The position numbers were made by a program, and so were the translations under genes. The notes under the pieces are model-generated. The model did no database searches. It was not told the DNA's origin and saw only the letters and a list, made by a program, of their open reading frames with translations. This document shows positions 25,405 to 37,234 of a stretch of DNA of 64,000 nucleotides, piece after piece. Within the stretch, counting starts at the first letter, position 1. Each line of letters begins with the position of its first letter. Source of the stretch: Azolla caroliniana (lineage: Eukaryota > Plantae > Polypodiophyta); NCBI GenBank assembly GCA_043228905.1, contig JBHGNT010000020.1, positions 6,944,001 through 7,008,000 of the forward strand. Direction: 5' to 3'.

Positions 25405-26888
25405 TGTTGAGCACCTAGTCAACACCGGATCTCGAATTCGAATTCTTGTAATAGCAACATCCAACGCACCAACTTCCCTGTAAGTGGCTGCTTCGACACC
25501 AGATAGGGAAGGGCCACATGATCCACGTGAAAGACGAATTCGATTGATGCTATATATCATACCTAGGGCTTCCCGCTCGGTCGTGGATTAGTCACATTTG
25601 GCAACCAAAAGTTTTCGGATGGAGTAATAGATTGGCCGATACCAATTCAGTTTGGTCAGCTACATTAGTGCGTTGTTGATGGCTATGTCCGCCACATCCA
25701 CGAACACGTGGAACGATCGCGTCCAATCCGGTGGTTGTACCATCGATGCCTGAGTGAGCATGACCTGCAAAGCCATGTATGCCTTGTCGTCCGTCTTTGA
25801 CCAACTGAACGGTGTTCGATGCACTACAACATGCAAGGGTGTCGCAAAGTCTGCTAGATAGCGTAACATCTGATTGTGCCAACGGATCTATCCTAGAAAA
25901 CGACTTAAGGCCTTCGCATTCTTCGGGGTTGGAGCCTTGATTATGGCCTTAATCTTCCTTGGATCAACCGCAATGTCGTCCTAGCTTCCAATGTGGCTGA
26001 GCCGTGCTAAGCGGCATCGTTCTAAGCAAAACCGGAGGTGCCATAAATGCTCGTTCCTTGTGCCGTAAACTGCGTAGTCGTCGATGAAGACTTGCCTAAA
26101 AGCGGGTATGTATTCGTTGAAGATTTCCGTGATGATGCGCTGAAATGTCACAGGCGCCATTTTAAGCCCGAACATCATTACCACGGCTACGAATACACCC
26201 TAATCCATCATGAAAGCGGTCTTTTCCTGATCGTTAGGATGCATACGGATCTGATTATAGCCGCTGAGGCCATCTAAAAAACTATACATTTCATGCCCGG
26301 TTACGACGTTGAGTACGCCATCTGTGAAAGGAAGGGGAAAATCATCTGTAATTGTTATCGTGTTGAATTTCCGATAGTCAACGCAAATGTGAATTTTCTC
26401 GTTTTTCTTTGGGACGACTTCAATTAGACTTAGCCACGTTGCATGCTTGACTGGTCTAATGAACCTAACTTTCAAGAGCTTATCGATTTCTTCTTTTATG
26501 CGAGCCATGTAATTCGGGTTCGTTTGGTAACGCCTTTGGGTCCAACCCCTTCATCTCCTCATGAGACCATGTGAATGCATCTTTATATTCGTGTAAAAGT
26601 TTGATGATGGCCTTTATATTTATGATGGCCGTCTTTTTTTATGGCGGCAAGTCCTTCGCTATCAAGAGGGAGCAGAACATATCTAATGTCCCGACATTGA
26701 TTTCCTCAAAGGCTGAAGATTTCCATTTCTCGGTCGAACGTGTCTTGCACTCTCCGGAGTTCCATGAGGACCTCCGTATCAGGTTCATTGTCGAACTTCT
26801 TCGTCTTCTTCTCTTTGATACAAACTGTGCAAAATACTGCTACAGGGATCAACTGATTCTTTCCTAACTCGGGATTAGGCATAACACA
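25405..26888 (-). mobile_element. old X-family (Athila-like) RT/RNase H fragment X3
   Basis: Broken frames homologous to X1 pol (KEEIDKLL, MMFGLK, VFIDD, FHVFVD, QEFEFEI). Confidence 0.85.
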
Positions 26889-27257
26889 TGTTGACCGGCA
26901 AAGACTTAAAAGCCGGATAAAGTCCAGAATGGGAAAGGGATAATTATTTTAGAACCAGGAGTTGTTATCTATAATTATTATATTTTGAGAAGTGAACGGA
27001 CGGACCTTGAATCAGTATGCCGATCCGGATCCGAACTGGTTTGTGGCCGGTTGCCGGTTGGCACCGGTTCGTAACCCAGAGCCGATGATCAGATAGCGGT
27101 TAATTAATGAAAGTGATGTTGTTCTACATATTGTTTAATCTTTGAAGCTTTAGTTAATTGCCGTTCTGTGCTTAATAGAATCTATCTTACGTGTGTATTA
27201 CTATCATTAACCACGCCGGTTAGTAGCCGGTTAGGAATACGTTTGTATCACGATCGA

Positions 27258-27983
27258 TGTCGCGTGTCGCGTGTCGCGTGGCGCGTGACACACGTGCCAA
27301 ACGTCGGGATGTGCGCGTCACAAGCGCGGACAAGCACCGAGCCTCTATCCGCTAGTGGTTATGGAGGATTGATGATGGGCGGCTGAAGTGATGCACTAAT
27401 GTCGTTAGAGTGAGAGAGAGAGAAAAAATAATAATAAATTGAGGAGGTTTTTAAGATAGATAGATAGATAGACATCACCAATAAGATAACTAAGTTTTCT
27501 TATTATTAATTTTCAATTTGATACATATATTGATTCATAGATTGTTTGATTCATCCATTGATTGCTCCCCCCCCATTACACAAACCTTACGAGGGTTTTT
27601 ATAGGTTTATCTATCCTTCTAACATGCACAAAACCATGGGCTTGAACCCATGGTTTTCAGGCACATGGTTTTCCTTGTGGCATGCACAAAACCATAGGCT
27701 AAAACCATGGTTTGGTGTACACGGTTTTGTATGTTTGTTTCCTATGGAATACTAAATATGAGAAGGAAATATATAAATATAAAGCACTTAGTAGTAGCTT
27801 TAGTGGTAAGATAATTGCTTCCTATCTTAGAAGTGCAAGGTTCAAATCTTGCTTGCACCCTTCTATATGCAATTGAATGTCATTAGACCCTACGCTAATT
27901 TTCATATTTATAATCATGTGTATAATGTGTGTGGAGCCACACTATTTCACAATTTCTCCCATTGGACACAGAACATCACGACA
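27258..27983 (-). mobile_element. diverged Y-related solo LTR inside the X2 5' LTR
   Basis: Termini TGTCGCG..CACGACA mirror the Y LTR ends; shares AAAACCATGG palindromes and the tRNA-like module. Flanks TCGA/ACGG do not form a clean TSD. Confidence 0.75.
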
Positions 27984-29285
27984 ACGGTCTATGCCTACCC
28001 CACTTGCACCACCCCTTTGGTGAAGTGTCCTAGAGGGACACCTTGTGTTAGGGCTAGTCCTACCCCAAGGAGTAACACAGTTTTTGGCGACCACGATTCC
28101 TGCTCAAGTGCAGTGAATAGCGGGGGGGCATGGATGACGAGACCAACAAACGACCTAGTAACGGAGCGAGTGAGACGACTCGCCGAAAGACTGCGGAAGC
28201 GCGAAGCGTACCACCAGATGGTAGAAGAAATCTGCGTAGATCGATCCTTTTCAAAGGTGATCCAGTGAGTGGCTGCGAAGTCACTCCGTTTGCAGCAAAA
28301 TTCCCATCCAGATGAAGGAAGCAGTTTAAGTAGTCTGAAGGAAGCGGAATCCATCCTGGAGGCGATTCGGAACCATTTTCGGCTTTTGAATCGTATTCGG
28401 ACTGCGAGTACAACTCACATTCGAATTACCGCAGCAGTCACGACACCCTAGATGGACCGAAGGACGAGGAATCAGATAATATACTGACACCGGAATCGGC
28501 GATAACAGAACTGGAAGCTTCAGGAAGGCACAAGGCGGATCAACCTCTGATACCGCCACGCGAGCCTCCGAAGGAGGAGGGAAGACCTTTGACGCCGAAA
28601 AAAGAGGAGGAAAGACCTCCGACACCGCCTCCGAAAAAAGAGGAGGAAAGACCTCTGACACCGCCTCCGAGAAAAGAGGAGGAAAAACCTCTGATACCGC
28701 CCCCAACAGAAGAGGATGAGAGACCTCCGTCACCACCAACTCAAGTTCCGACACCGGACGACGATATGCCATTCCAATATCCCAAGTACCAGGATGATCC
28801 GGATGCGGAAGCCCATGTGTATGCATTTCTACAAACATGGGAAGCAAACCATGTGTCGCAACGCTTAAACGCCGCCGAAGCAGAATGATCGAAGATTGCA
28901 GAGTTCGGCATGAATTTGGAAGGACTAGCTGCGCGATGGCGCTTGACACACCTTCCCAGCACCATCACTATGTTTGAGGACTTGAAAACCAGATTTTTAC
29001 AATTCTTCTACAAGGAGGTGGATCAACGAGAGATGGTCGGCCTATTCTACACCATACCACAGGAACCTACGGAAACCATTCAACAATTCGTAATCCAGTT
29101 CCAGCGGATGCACAACCAGCTAAGTCGGGCACCACTAGAAGCAGAGACTAAAGCAATATTCTAAGCAACATTCCGGGTGTCAGGAATAGTACTAAAATAG
29201 AGAGAGAATTAGTACTAGAGAAGGGAAGTACTATTAGTACTAAGAGGGCGGGACTGCGTAAGACTCCCGAGAGGGAGGAAAGAGA

Positions 29286-29337
<52 letters not shown>

Positions 29338-29760
29338 GATAACAGATGATATATGTAAACAATTGCTTGCGGAAGCGTTAGAGAAGCAGAGAAAATAGAA
29401 AATATGCAGAGAGTACGCGGGAGAGACAGAGAGAGCATAACGTAAAAGTTATATTCAAAATAATAGTAAACACTCTGTACATACTCTGTGCTCAGTAGCA
29501 CTATTTATACAAGTCCTACGCGGACTGACAGAAGTACTGTGTACTTCAATGCTCACACGAGCATCTAACACTAACTCTGAGACTATAACTACCTAGTAAT
29601 CTAACTTATTACTAGGCTTCCGGTTACTGTTGGATCCGGCTAACGACTCTCTGCTCACCGACTCTATAGCTTGGCGGCTCGGTTGCTCACCGGCATACCG
29701 ATCTGTCTCACTTACTGGCTCAGGCTTTTCAGCTGATCCGGCTCCAGTTGAGCTTGCCAC

Positions 29761-31017
29761 TCAACACTCCCCCTCAAGCTCAACTCGAGGTCGGGTTGTA
29801 GTGTCATTCTCTGTGGTGGCTGGTTCTTTCAACCGACTTCTCCTGGCGTCGCTCCGCCTTGCTCGCACTCCTCGTCTGGCCCGGTCCCGTTTGCCGCGAC
29901 CCCTCTGGTTCTGCGCGCCTCGACCTTCTCGGTCGGCATGTTTGCTCATCAGGCCCATCTCAGCTCCTTCACTGCTATGACTCCGGCGCTTGCCGATCCG
30001 TCGATTCCTCCGCGATGACATTGACTTCCGCTGCATCCGTGTCTCCTTGGCCTTTGGTTGATCCGACTCATCCGGATCCAACTCTTGATGTGAATCGGCT
30101 GTCTCCGACTCGTTCCATCTCTTGTCCGAATCGGTATCCTCCGATTCGACTTCCGGCATCAGGCCTTTCACCACATCGGACCACGTCCGGGTCTTGGCCT
30201 TCTCCGTGCTTCCCTCGGCTTCTTCAACCGGTTCACCGAAATTGAATTCTTCATTCGACTCCGCATCATGGTCATTACCGCCGTGATGACCTCCGCACAA
30301 CATGCACTTCTCTTCCTGAGTGCACACTTCTTCTGCCTTCTGGTTGGCTCGGTCCTTCTTGACTCTGCCACCATAGCTGCTTGCTCCGACTTGTTCGGAT
30401 GTGTCAACTTCCTTCGTCGGCTCGACTTCTTTCTTCTTCTTGTCTCCCCTTCTTCCGGTTCTTCTCTTACCGACGGGTTCAACAGTTTCTTTGCCTTTGC
30501 CCATTTCGGTAATGTCTTTGCCCTTGCTTCTCCCCCTCAAGTGCGGCATGTCAAGATGCTGAACACCAAGCATGTCGGTAAAGTGCTGCAACTTGTCAGA
30601 TCCGAGTGGCTTGGTGAAGATGTCGGCAACTTGCCGATCCGTGTGAACATACTGAAGTTCAACTTCACCGCTCAGGACCCGCTCACGCACAAAATGATAA
30701 TGCACTTCTATGTGCTTCGTGCGAGCATGGAACACAGGGTTCTTGGCGAGCTGCATGCTGCTGATGTTATCACAATAAATCGGGATTGGGGTCAGTACCT
30801 CGATCCGCAAGTCTCACAGCAGTCGCCGAAGCCAAATGGCTTCGCAGGTAGCCACAGTCGCATCCCGGTACTCAGCCTAAGTGCTAGATAGAGCCACTGT
30901 TGGCTGCTTTTTGCTGCTCCACGGAACAGCTGCGCTCCCAAGAGAAAACATAAATCCAGAAGTCGATCGACGATCTGATGCATCGCCGGCTCAGTCGGCA
31001 TCCGTGTAGCCGACCAA
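29761..31017 (-). pseudogene. C RNase H plus long charged C-terminal extension
   Basis: LVGYTDAD..., YCDN, HARTKHIEVHYHFVRE, QVADIFTKPL, then ~255 further codons reaching into the LTR. Confidence 0.88.
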
Positions 31018-31535
31018 CTCTTTGTTGGGAGACAGGTCCCTCTGGATGGGAAGGGAGAAGAACAGTGCTGATAAACAAACTCGGCCGAGGCCGAAACAAG
31101 CCGGATGGTGCAGATGTTATTCTCTGACCGGACAAGGCCTAACACAAGGTGTCACGGAGACACTTCACCAAAGGGTGATTACGGCATAGGATTATGACTC
31201 AACGATTACACCGACTTAAGTAGGTTACACGATTAGAGCGCTTTTGTTAATTACACGCGTAAGATATAACAGTAAGTACAGAACGGAAATCAACACAGAA
31301 GTATAAACACCATACGCTCTATTAATTATCCGCTGCGATTACAATGGGGTCCGGGCCTTTAAATAGGTTTCCGGCCCGTAGTACAAAACGGTGCCTATCG
31401 CACCTATTCGGGATCCGTCCGGATCTGGAACGGCATACCGTTTCCAGTCCGTCCGTCCACACTATGCTTATTTACAACCATACTTAATTAATTCCTTCAC
31501 TCCGTATTTTGGACTCCTTGCCGGCCGGTAACACA

Positions 31536-31552
31536 TGGCACGCCCGTGGGAC
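31536..31552 (+). other. inverted second primer-binding site (tRNA-Arg UCU-like) at the PPT position of X1
   Basis: TGGCACGCCCGTGGGAC lies 2 nt from the LTR end; the complement of recalled plant tRNA-Arg(UCU) is TGGCACGCCCAGTGGGAC. Confidence 0.8.
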
Positions 31553-31585
31553 AGTACCTTGTACGTCGAACCCTTCTCGGCCCCT

Positions 31586-34288
31586 TCATTGTTCACCCAA
31601 ATTGTCCAAAATACTTTGTTCCAGAGTTTCCAATTGTTCTTCCGGTTGTGGTTGTTGCGGCTGTGCTTGCTGCTGCTGCTGTGGTTGCGGTTGGGACTGA
31701 GACTGCTCCGGCTGCTCTATAGGCGGCTGCTCCGTTTGTTTCTCTGACTCCGGCATCTCCGTTTGACTGCTTCCGGTCCGGTCTCCTTCCAGTAACGGTT
31801 CCTCATCACTGAGGTTGACCGTAACCGGTTCTCGTGCTTTCTCTTCCCGGATCCGGGACCTCTCGTAGCTTTCAAACTGGATCATCTTCAGCCTGTCGTC
31901 GTCCAGCTGAGCTACAAGTTGCCGGACCTCCAGCCTGTCGTCGTCCAGCTGAGCTACAAGTTGCCGGACTTGCCCTAGTTGGTCCTCTGCCAAGGCTTGA
32001 AAGTCTTCGGCCAACTCATCTCTTATGACGGTGAAGTCTTCGGAAGTCAGCATATAGCAATCATCTCCCTCCTTCCGCCGGTTCTCTACGTCGGCCCGGA
32101 GCAATTGGAGTTCCGCCGCGTTCGTGGCCCACTTGGTCCACCATTTGATGGAACCATTGTCAATCAAGCTCTTGGTTTGGTTCAACCAGGCCCGCATGAT
32201 ATCCTGGATGCGACTTGCTCCCATTTGCGCTCTACTTTCCACAACTTGTCGTTCCTCCTTCAACTGCTTGATGAGATTAGCCGTATCCTCCGCCTGCTCT
32301 CTGTAGCGCGTCAGCTGCCCTTGATATGTTGTTTGCAGCCTCTGCAGTACCTCCGCCGCTCTTTCTTTTTCCGCCTGCTGTTGCCTGAGGAGCTCTGTCC
32401 GAACCTTCTCCGCCTCTTCCAACCATCTTCTGGTTTCCGCTTGTTCATTAGCGTATGCCGTTGCGGTCCGATCAACTGCTTGCCGGAGCTCATCCGTCCG
32501 TTCCTTGTGCTCCGTTTGCAACCGTTTATACTCCCGGTGCAAGTGCTCAAATTCCTCTGTTTTTTGTTTGAGCTTGCCGTTGATCTGGCGATGGTTCCGG
32601 TCCTCCCGGTCCTTTAGCTGCCGGAGTTCCTCTTTCAGGCGCTCTACTTCTGTTTCGGCGTTTCTCCGGAGCCTGTCCTTCTCTTGCAGCATTTTCTCCT
32701 TCTCCTCCTTGAGCCGGTCGTACGCTTGGTGGCCTTTTCGTAAGCTCTCCTCGGCCCGGCGTAGATTCTCAGCAGTCTTTTTAAGTTCTGCCTCCGCTGC
32801 CGTCTTCAACTCTCTTTCGCGGCTCCTCAGCGCTTCTTGGGCAGCTAGCTCATCCTTTAAGTCCGCAAGCTCTTGGGCTTGTGCCGCATTTCTCTCCGGA
32901 ACGGTTTCCGTTGCCGGGGTCTGATTGCTATGTACAGGTTGATCTGACGCTTTATTCTGTACATTGCCCGGAGTCACCGGTGCTTGGACTTGTGTTGTCA
33001 AAGCCAATTGAGCCATTTCCCTTGTGACCCTGTCCAAGTCTTGTTCAAGGCTCCGGATTCTGGACCGGGCCGTCTCTAGATCTACGGTTGTGACGAGCAA
33101 CCGTTCGTGGTGCGCTCTCTCCTCCGCCTCTATGTACTCAACCGCTCCGGCGATCTGCTCGCCTACCCACCGTAGCCACATGCTACTGGTGCCTTGCTGC
33201 TGTACTAGTCGGGTCGGCTCGTTCACTGTGGGATTGTCTGGCCTGAGTGCCTGTATCTGCCGTTCTGGTTCTACTCCTTGGCCGCTGTGTGTGCTGGCTG
33301 GGCTCGCCGGCTGTTGAGTTCCGGTTCTCGCCGTCTCCGGAGCCGTTGGAATGACTTCTTGTATAGAAGTCGACAAGGCCGGTTCTATACGCACCGGTTC
33401 CGGTTCCTCCCTTGCGGTTTGCTCAGGTTGAGTTGGGGGTGTTTCTTCCTTTTGCGGGTCCGAACGCTCCCCCGCTGTCCCGGCGGTCCTACTTCTTGAC
33501 CGTCGTTGGAGGTGCTCTACTGGCTCCTCTGTTTCCTCTTCCTGGGTAACGGCATGTGCCGTCAAGGGTTCCGGTTCCTTCTGTCCCGGTCGCCGTATGG
33601 TTATCTTAACGGGTAGGACCGGTGACACCTCCTCCGGTTCTGGGAGCCGTTTCTTCCCTTTCGTCGCCTTCGACGCCAGCAGCAGCTGTCGTTTGGACGC
33701 GGGCTTCGAGGTGCTTCCTTCCGATAATCTTGGCCGCTTCTTTGGCTGAACGGTCTCGACCGGCGGCACGAGCAATGTTATCCACTGAGCTACGGCATGC
33801 CACAGCTTCCGGCCCTCCTTGCCGTCCTTTCCTCGTACCATGTCGATTGCCGCGCACAAACCGTCTGCAATCAACACCGGCCAGTCCACCTTGATCCCTT
33901 CATAGGTGGCTATGATCATCCCTGCCCGATTTTTAGGCATGACAGGGGGTCGGGGGTACACGTGGCCGTACTCATGGAGCACTCGAGCTATCTCCCTGAA
34001 TAGCGGATCTTCGCCGCCCTGCGTTCGATAGCCTTTGCCGGCTAGAGAGTACTCACCGAAATATCGGATGAGTTGCTCCGAGGTTGGGTTATCGATCTGA
34101 AAAATACCTCCCTCCGGAAGGCCTGTTAGTGCACGGATCGCTTCCTCGGTGATGACTTCTGTGTCGAGCTCCTTGATGACCCGGTCGGCTTCTCTGTGCG
34201 GTGGTGCCTCCATGATGGTCAGGAACCCATCCAGTCCGTGTTGCCTGAGCCATTTCCTGGCCGCTTCCGACAGCGTTTGTGGGTCCAT
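31586..34288 (-). CDS. X1 extra ORF, 900 aa: globular N-terminal domain, P/E/T-rich linker, long coiled coil, Q-rich tail
   Basis: Uninterrupted ORF between integrase and the 3' LTR, same sense as pol. Confidence 0.85.
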   Translation of the reverse strand: MDPQTLSEAARKWLRQHGLDGFLTIMEAPPHREADRVIKELDTEVITEEAIRALTGLPEGGIFQIDNPTSEQLIRYFGEYSLAGKGYRTQGGEDPLFREIARVLHEYGHVYPRPPVMPKNRAGMIIATYEGIKVDWPVLIADGLCAAIDMVRGKDGKEGRKLWHAVAQWITLLVPPVETVQPKKRPRLSEGSTSKPASKRQLLLASKATKGKKRLPEPEEVSPVLPVKITIRRPGQKEPEPLTAHAVTQEEETEEPVEHLQRRSRSRTAGTAGERSDPQKEETPPTQPEQTAREEPEPVRIEPALSTSIQEVIPTAPETARTGTQQPASPASTHSGQGVEPERQIQALRPDNPTVNEPTRLVQQQGTSSMWLRWVGEQIAGAVEYIEAEERAHHERLLVTTVDLETARSRIRSLEQDLDRVTREMAQLALTTQVQAPVTPGNVQNKASDQPVHSNQTPATETVPERNAAQAQELADLKDELAAQEALRSRERELKTAAEAELKKTAENLRRAEESLRKGHQAYDRLKEEKEKMLQEKDRLRRNAETEVERLKEELRQLKDREDRNHRQINGKLKQKTEEFEHLHREYKRLQTEHKERTDELRQAVDRTATAYANEQAETRRWLEEAEKVRTELLRQQQAEKERAAEVLQRLQTTYQGQLTRYREQAEDTANLIKQLKEERQVVESRAQMGASRIQDIMRAWLNQTKSLIDNGSIKWWTKWATNAAELQLLRADVENRRKEGDDCYMLTSEDFTVIRDELAEDFQALAEDQLGQVRQLVAQLDDDRLEVRQLVAQLDDDRLKMIQFESYERSRIREEKAREPVTVNLSDEEPLLEGDRTGSSQTEMPESEKQTEQPPIEQPEQSQSQPQPQQQQQAQPQQPQPEEQLETLEQSILDNLGEQ

Positions 34289-34666
34289 GTCTGCTTCGAG
34301 GTCGAGGAAAGATGGCGAGGTAGAGTGGTGATGAGAGTGAGAGTGAGAGAGAGAGAGAGTGTGGAACGTGGGGGTTCTCTGAGTGCAGGTTCGCGTTTGC
34401 TAAGCTTCCACTGCCTTGGTGCTTCTGTGCTTCTTGGCTCGCGAAATGAAAAGGTCTCCATGCGTTCTGCTTTTTCTCTGTGTGTCTTGGCGCCCTTTTC
34501 CGAGCATGCGCACGTCGTGTACCAATTTAGTATTAAGTAACGTGGCGGCTCTTAAATGCCCACTACGTACCTTTTCGCTCCTTGCTTTCACGTCCGTTCA
34601 TACCTCGATTTTTAATGATTTCTTGTTTTTTTTTTTCTTTCTTTCTTTTAATGACGGTATGTGATC

Positions 34667-37027
34667 TTACACATCCGTAGGTCCCTTCGGACCCTTACCG
34701 TTTTCCTTACGGGTTGCCGTGTCTTCCTTCGCCTCTGCTACGGGTTCCCCGTCGTCTTTTTCTTCCATCCGTACCGTTCCCGGACAGGTTCCCGGTATAG
34801 TGCCGGTGGGCTCCATAAACGGGTTACTTGGCATCGGTCCTTTATAGGGCTTTAGTCTAAATCCGTTGACCCATTTGCCTAGCACTTCACCGGCAAGTGT
34901 CCCTAACTGATAGGACCCGTTGTATTCCCGTGTCAGCCAATACGGGCCTGTCCATCTAAACCGGAGTTTACCCGGCATCTTGCCCATCCTCGTTTGGAAT
35001 ACTAGCACCGGCTTTCCGATTTCGAACATCTTCTCATTACCTTTCCGGTGACGGTCAACGAACGCTTTCCGTCGTCGTTGCTCCAGTTCCATGTGTAGGA
35101 TGTTGGCCAGCCGTTGCTCCTCCAGTTCGCATAGTGCTGCTAGCCGCATTTCCTCCGACTCCTTTTCATTCAGCCGTTCCCGTAGTTGGATCCGTAAGCT
35201 TGGTACCTGAAATTCCACCGGCATGACCGCCTCTAAGCCGAACGCTAACCGGAACGACGTTGTCCGGATACTTGTTTTGTATGACGTTCGGTACGCCCAT
35301 AGCGCGCTATGGAGCTTTGTATCCCAGTCCGTCCGGTTTTCATTGACGATTTTGCGGAGAATGTTCTGGAGCGTTTTGTTGGTTGACTCTGCTAACCTGT
35401 TTGCTTGTGGGTAGTACGGTGTGCTCCGTTTATGGACCACGGCATAGAACGTTGTTAAGCTTTCAACTACCTGGCCGAGGAAGTGCCCTCCTTGGTCGCT
35501 GATTAATTCAATTGGACATCCATATCGGCACCAAATGTTCTCGTACAGGAATTTTGCTGTGGATGACGCGGTGTTGTCTCTCAAGGCCTTAGCCTCCACC
35601 CATTTAGTGCAATAATCTATTGCCACGATGACATAACGATTACCTGTTCTCATTGCCGGTGGCTTGAACGGTCCGACAAAATCCAACCCCCACTTCTGGA
35701 ATGGCTCTAGTGGAAGTACCGGTTGGTGTGGCATACGTGCTTGCTCCGTAGGCTGGCCCATTCGTTGGCATAGGTCACATTCCTTAGCATACTTGACGAC
35801 GTCTTTTAACGTCGTGGGCCACCATAAGCCGCTCTGCCATACTTTCCTTGCCGTCGCTTCCCCGGCATAGTGTCCTCCGGCAACCCCACAGTGTGCTTCC
35901 CGTAAGATTACTTGTTTCTCGTCACTACGGACTGCCCGTCTCCATATTCCATGTGCTCCCTTGTGGTAGAGAGTGTCCCGTAACAGACAGAAATTGCGGC
36001 TCTGCACCGCCAGTCGTTTCCTCTCGTCCCGGTTCATTTCCTCCGGTGGCAGGCCCGTGCTTAGGAACTGGTGCATGTTTGTCAGCCACCTATCTTCTGA
36101 TGCCACCGTGTCGTCCGCTGCCGTTTCCGGGGTGATACGGAATAACTCTGCGTCCGGGAATTCATCCGATACTCCGTCGCCTGATTCTCCGGACTCTAAC
36201 CGGCTCAGGTAGTCTGCTACGGCATGCTGGATACCGGGCCGGTGGAAGATCTCGAATTCGAACTCCTGCAACAGCAAGGTCCAACGGGCCAACTTACCGG
36301 TCAGGGACGCCTTGGACACTAAGTACAGGAGCGCCGAGTGATCCACATGAAAGGAGAACTTCCTTCCCAATAGGTAATGACGAAACTTTGTTACACTGTA
36401 GATCATGCCCAGGGCCTCCCGTTCCGTAGTCGAATAGTTCTTCTCCGCTTGGGACAGCTTCCGGCTGGCGTAATATACCGGCCGGTACCATTTAGGCTCC
36501 GTAAGTTGCATTAAGGCGCTGCCGATAGCGATGTCGGAAGCGTCCACGAACACATGAAATTCCTTGCTCCAATCCGGAGGCTGCACGACGGGTGCTTGCG
36601 ACAAAAGTACCTTCAGGGCATTGTATGCCTTATCCTCCGTATCCGTCCATTGGAACGGTGTCCGATGTACCGCGGTGTGTAATGGTGTAGCCAAGTCAGC
36701 CAAGTGACGGAGCATCCGGCTGTGCCACCGGATCTGTCCTAAGAATCGGCTTAGTGCTTTGGCCGTTTTCGGCGCCGGTGCCCCTAGTATCGCGTTTACT
36801 TTGTCCGGGTCGACCGCAATGCCCTCCTTACTTACAATGTGTCCCAGTAAGATTCCACTTGAAACCCCAAAGATGCATTTTGCTGGGTTTAAGCTTAGCC
36901 GGTATAACCTACACTTTTCAAGGCATAACCGTAGGTGCTGCAAATGGTCTTTTTCCCGGCTATAGACTGCAAAGTCATCCAGGAAAACCTGCATGAAGGC
37001 TGGAATGTATTCGCCGAAGATCTCCAT
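34667..37027 (-). CDS. X1 pol 3' part (RT C-terminal half, RNase H, integrase), cut off by the D insertion
   Basis: FLDD, FVDASD, NYSTTEREAL, WGLDFVGP, ISDQGGHF. Confidence 0.93.
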   Translation of the reverse strand: MEIFGEYIPAFMQVFLDDFAVYSREKDHLQHLRLCLEKCRLYRLSLNPAKCIFGVSSGILLGHIVSKEGIAVDPDKVNAILGAPAPKTAKALSRFLGQIRWHSRMLRHLADLATPLHTAVHRTPFQWTDTEDKAYNALKVLLSQAPVVQPPDWSKEFHVFVDASDIAIGSALMQLTEPKWYRPVYYASRKLSQAEKNYSTTEREALGMIYSVTKFRHYLLGRKFSFHVDHSALLYLVSKASLTGKLARWTLLLQEFEFEIFHRPGIQHAVADYLSRLESGESGDGVSDEFPDAELFRITPETAADDTVASEDRWLTNMHQFLSTGLPPEEMNRDERKRLAVQSRNFCLLRDTLYHKGAHGIWRRAVRSDEKQVILREAHCGVAGGHYAGEATARKVWQSGLWWPTTLKDVVKYAKECDLCQRMGQPTEQARMPHQPVLPLEPFQKWGLDFVGPFKPPAMRTGNRYVIVAIDYCTKWVEAKALRDNTASSTAKFLYENIWCRYGCPIELISDQGGHFLGQVVESLTTFYAVVHKRSTPYYPQANRLAESTNKTLQNILRKIVNENRTDWDTKLHSALWAYRTSYKTSIRTTSFRLAFGLEAVMPVEFQVPSLRIQLRERLNEKESEEMRLAALCELEEQRLANILHMELEQRRRKAFVDRHRKGNEKMFEIGKPVLVFQTRMGKMPGKLRFRWTGPYWLTREYNGSYQLGTLAGEVLGKWVNGFRLKPYKGPMPSNPFMEPTGTIPGTCPGTVRMEEKDDGEPVAEAKEDTATRKENGKGPKGPTDV

Positions 37028-37031
37028 GATG

Positions 37032-37203
37032 TGTCGAATACATGTGTATAATGGACGTATTCACACTATCCCGTTTTGGCCATTTATGTAATTAGCATAA
37101 AGGGTAGTTGCCCTAAGTCGGTCACTATATATAGTGACCTTGTAACCTCTTTGTGAGGTTGGTTGTTGTATTCTTGTTTATGCAATAGAAAGACTTTTTT
37201 GTG

Positions 37204-37234
<31 letters not shown>

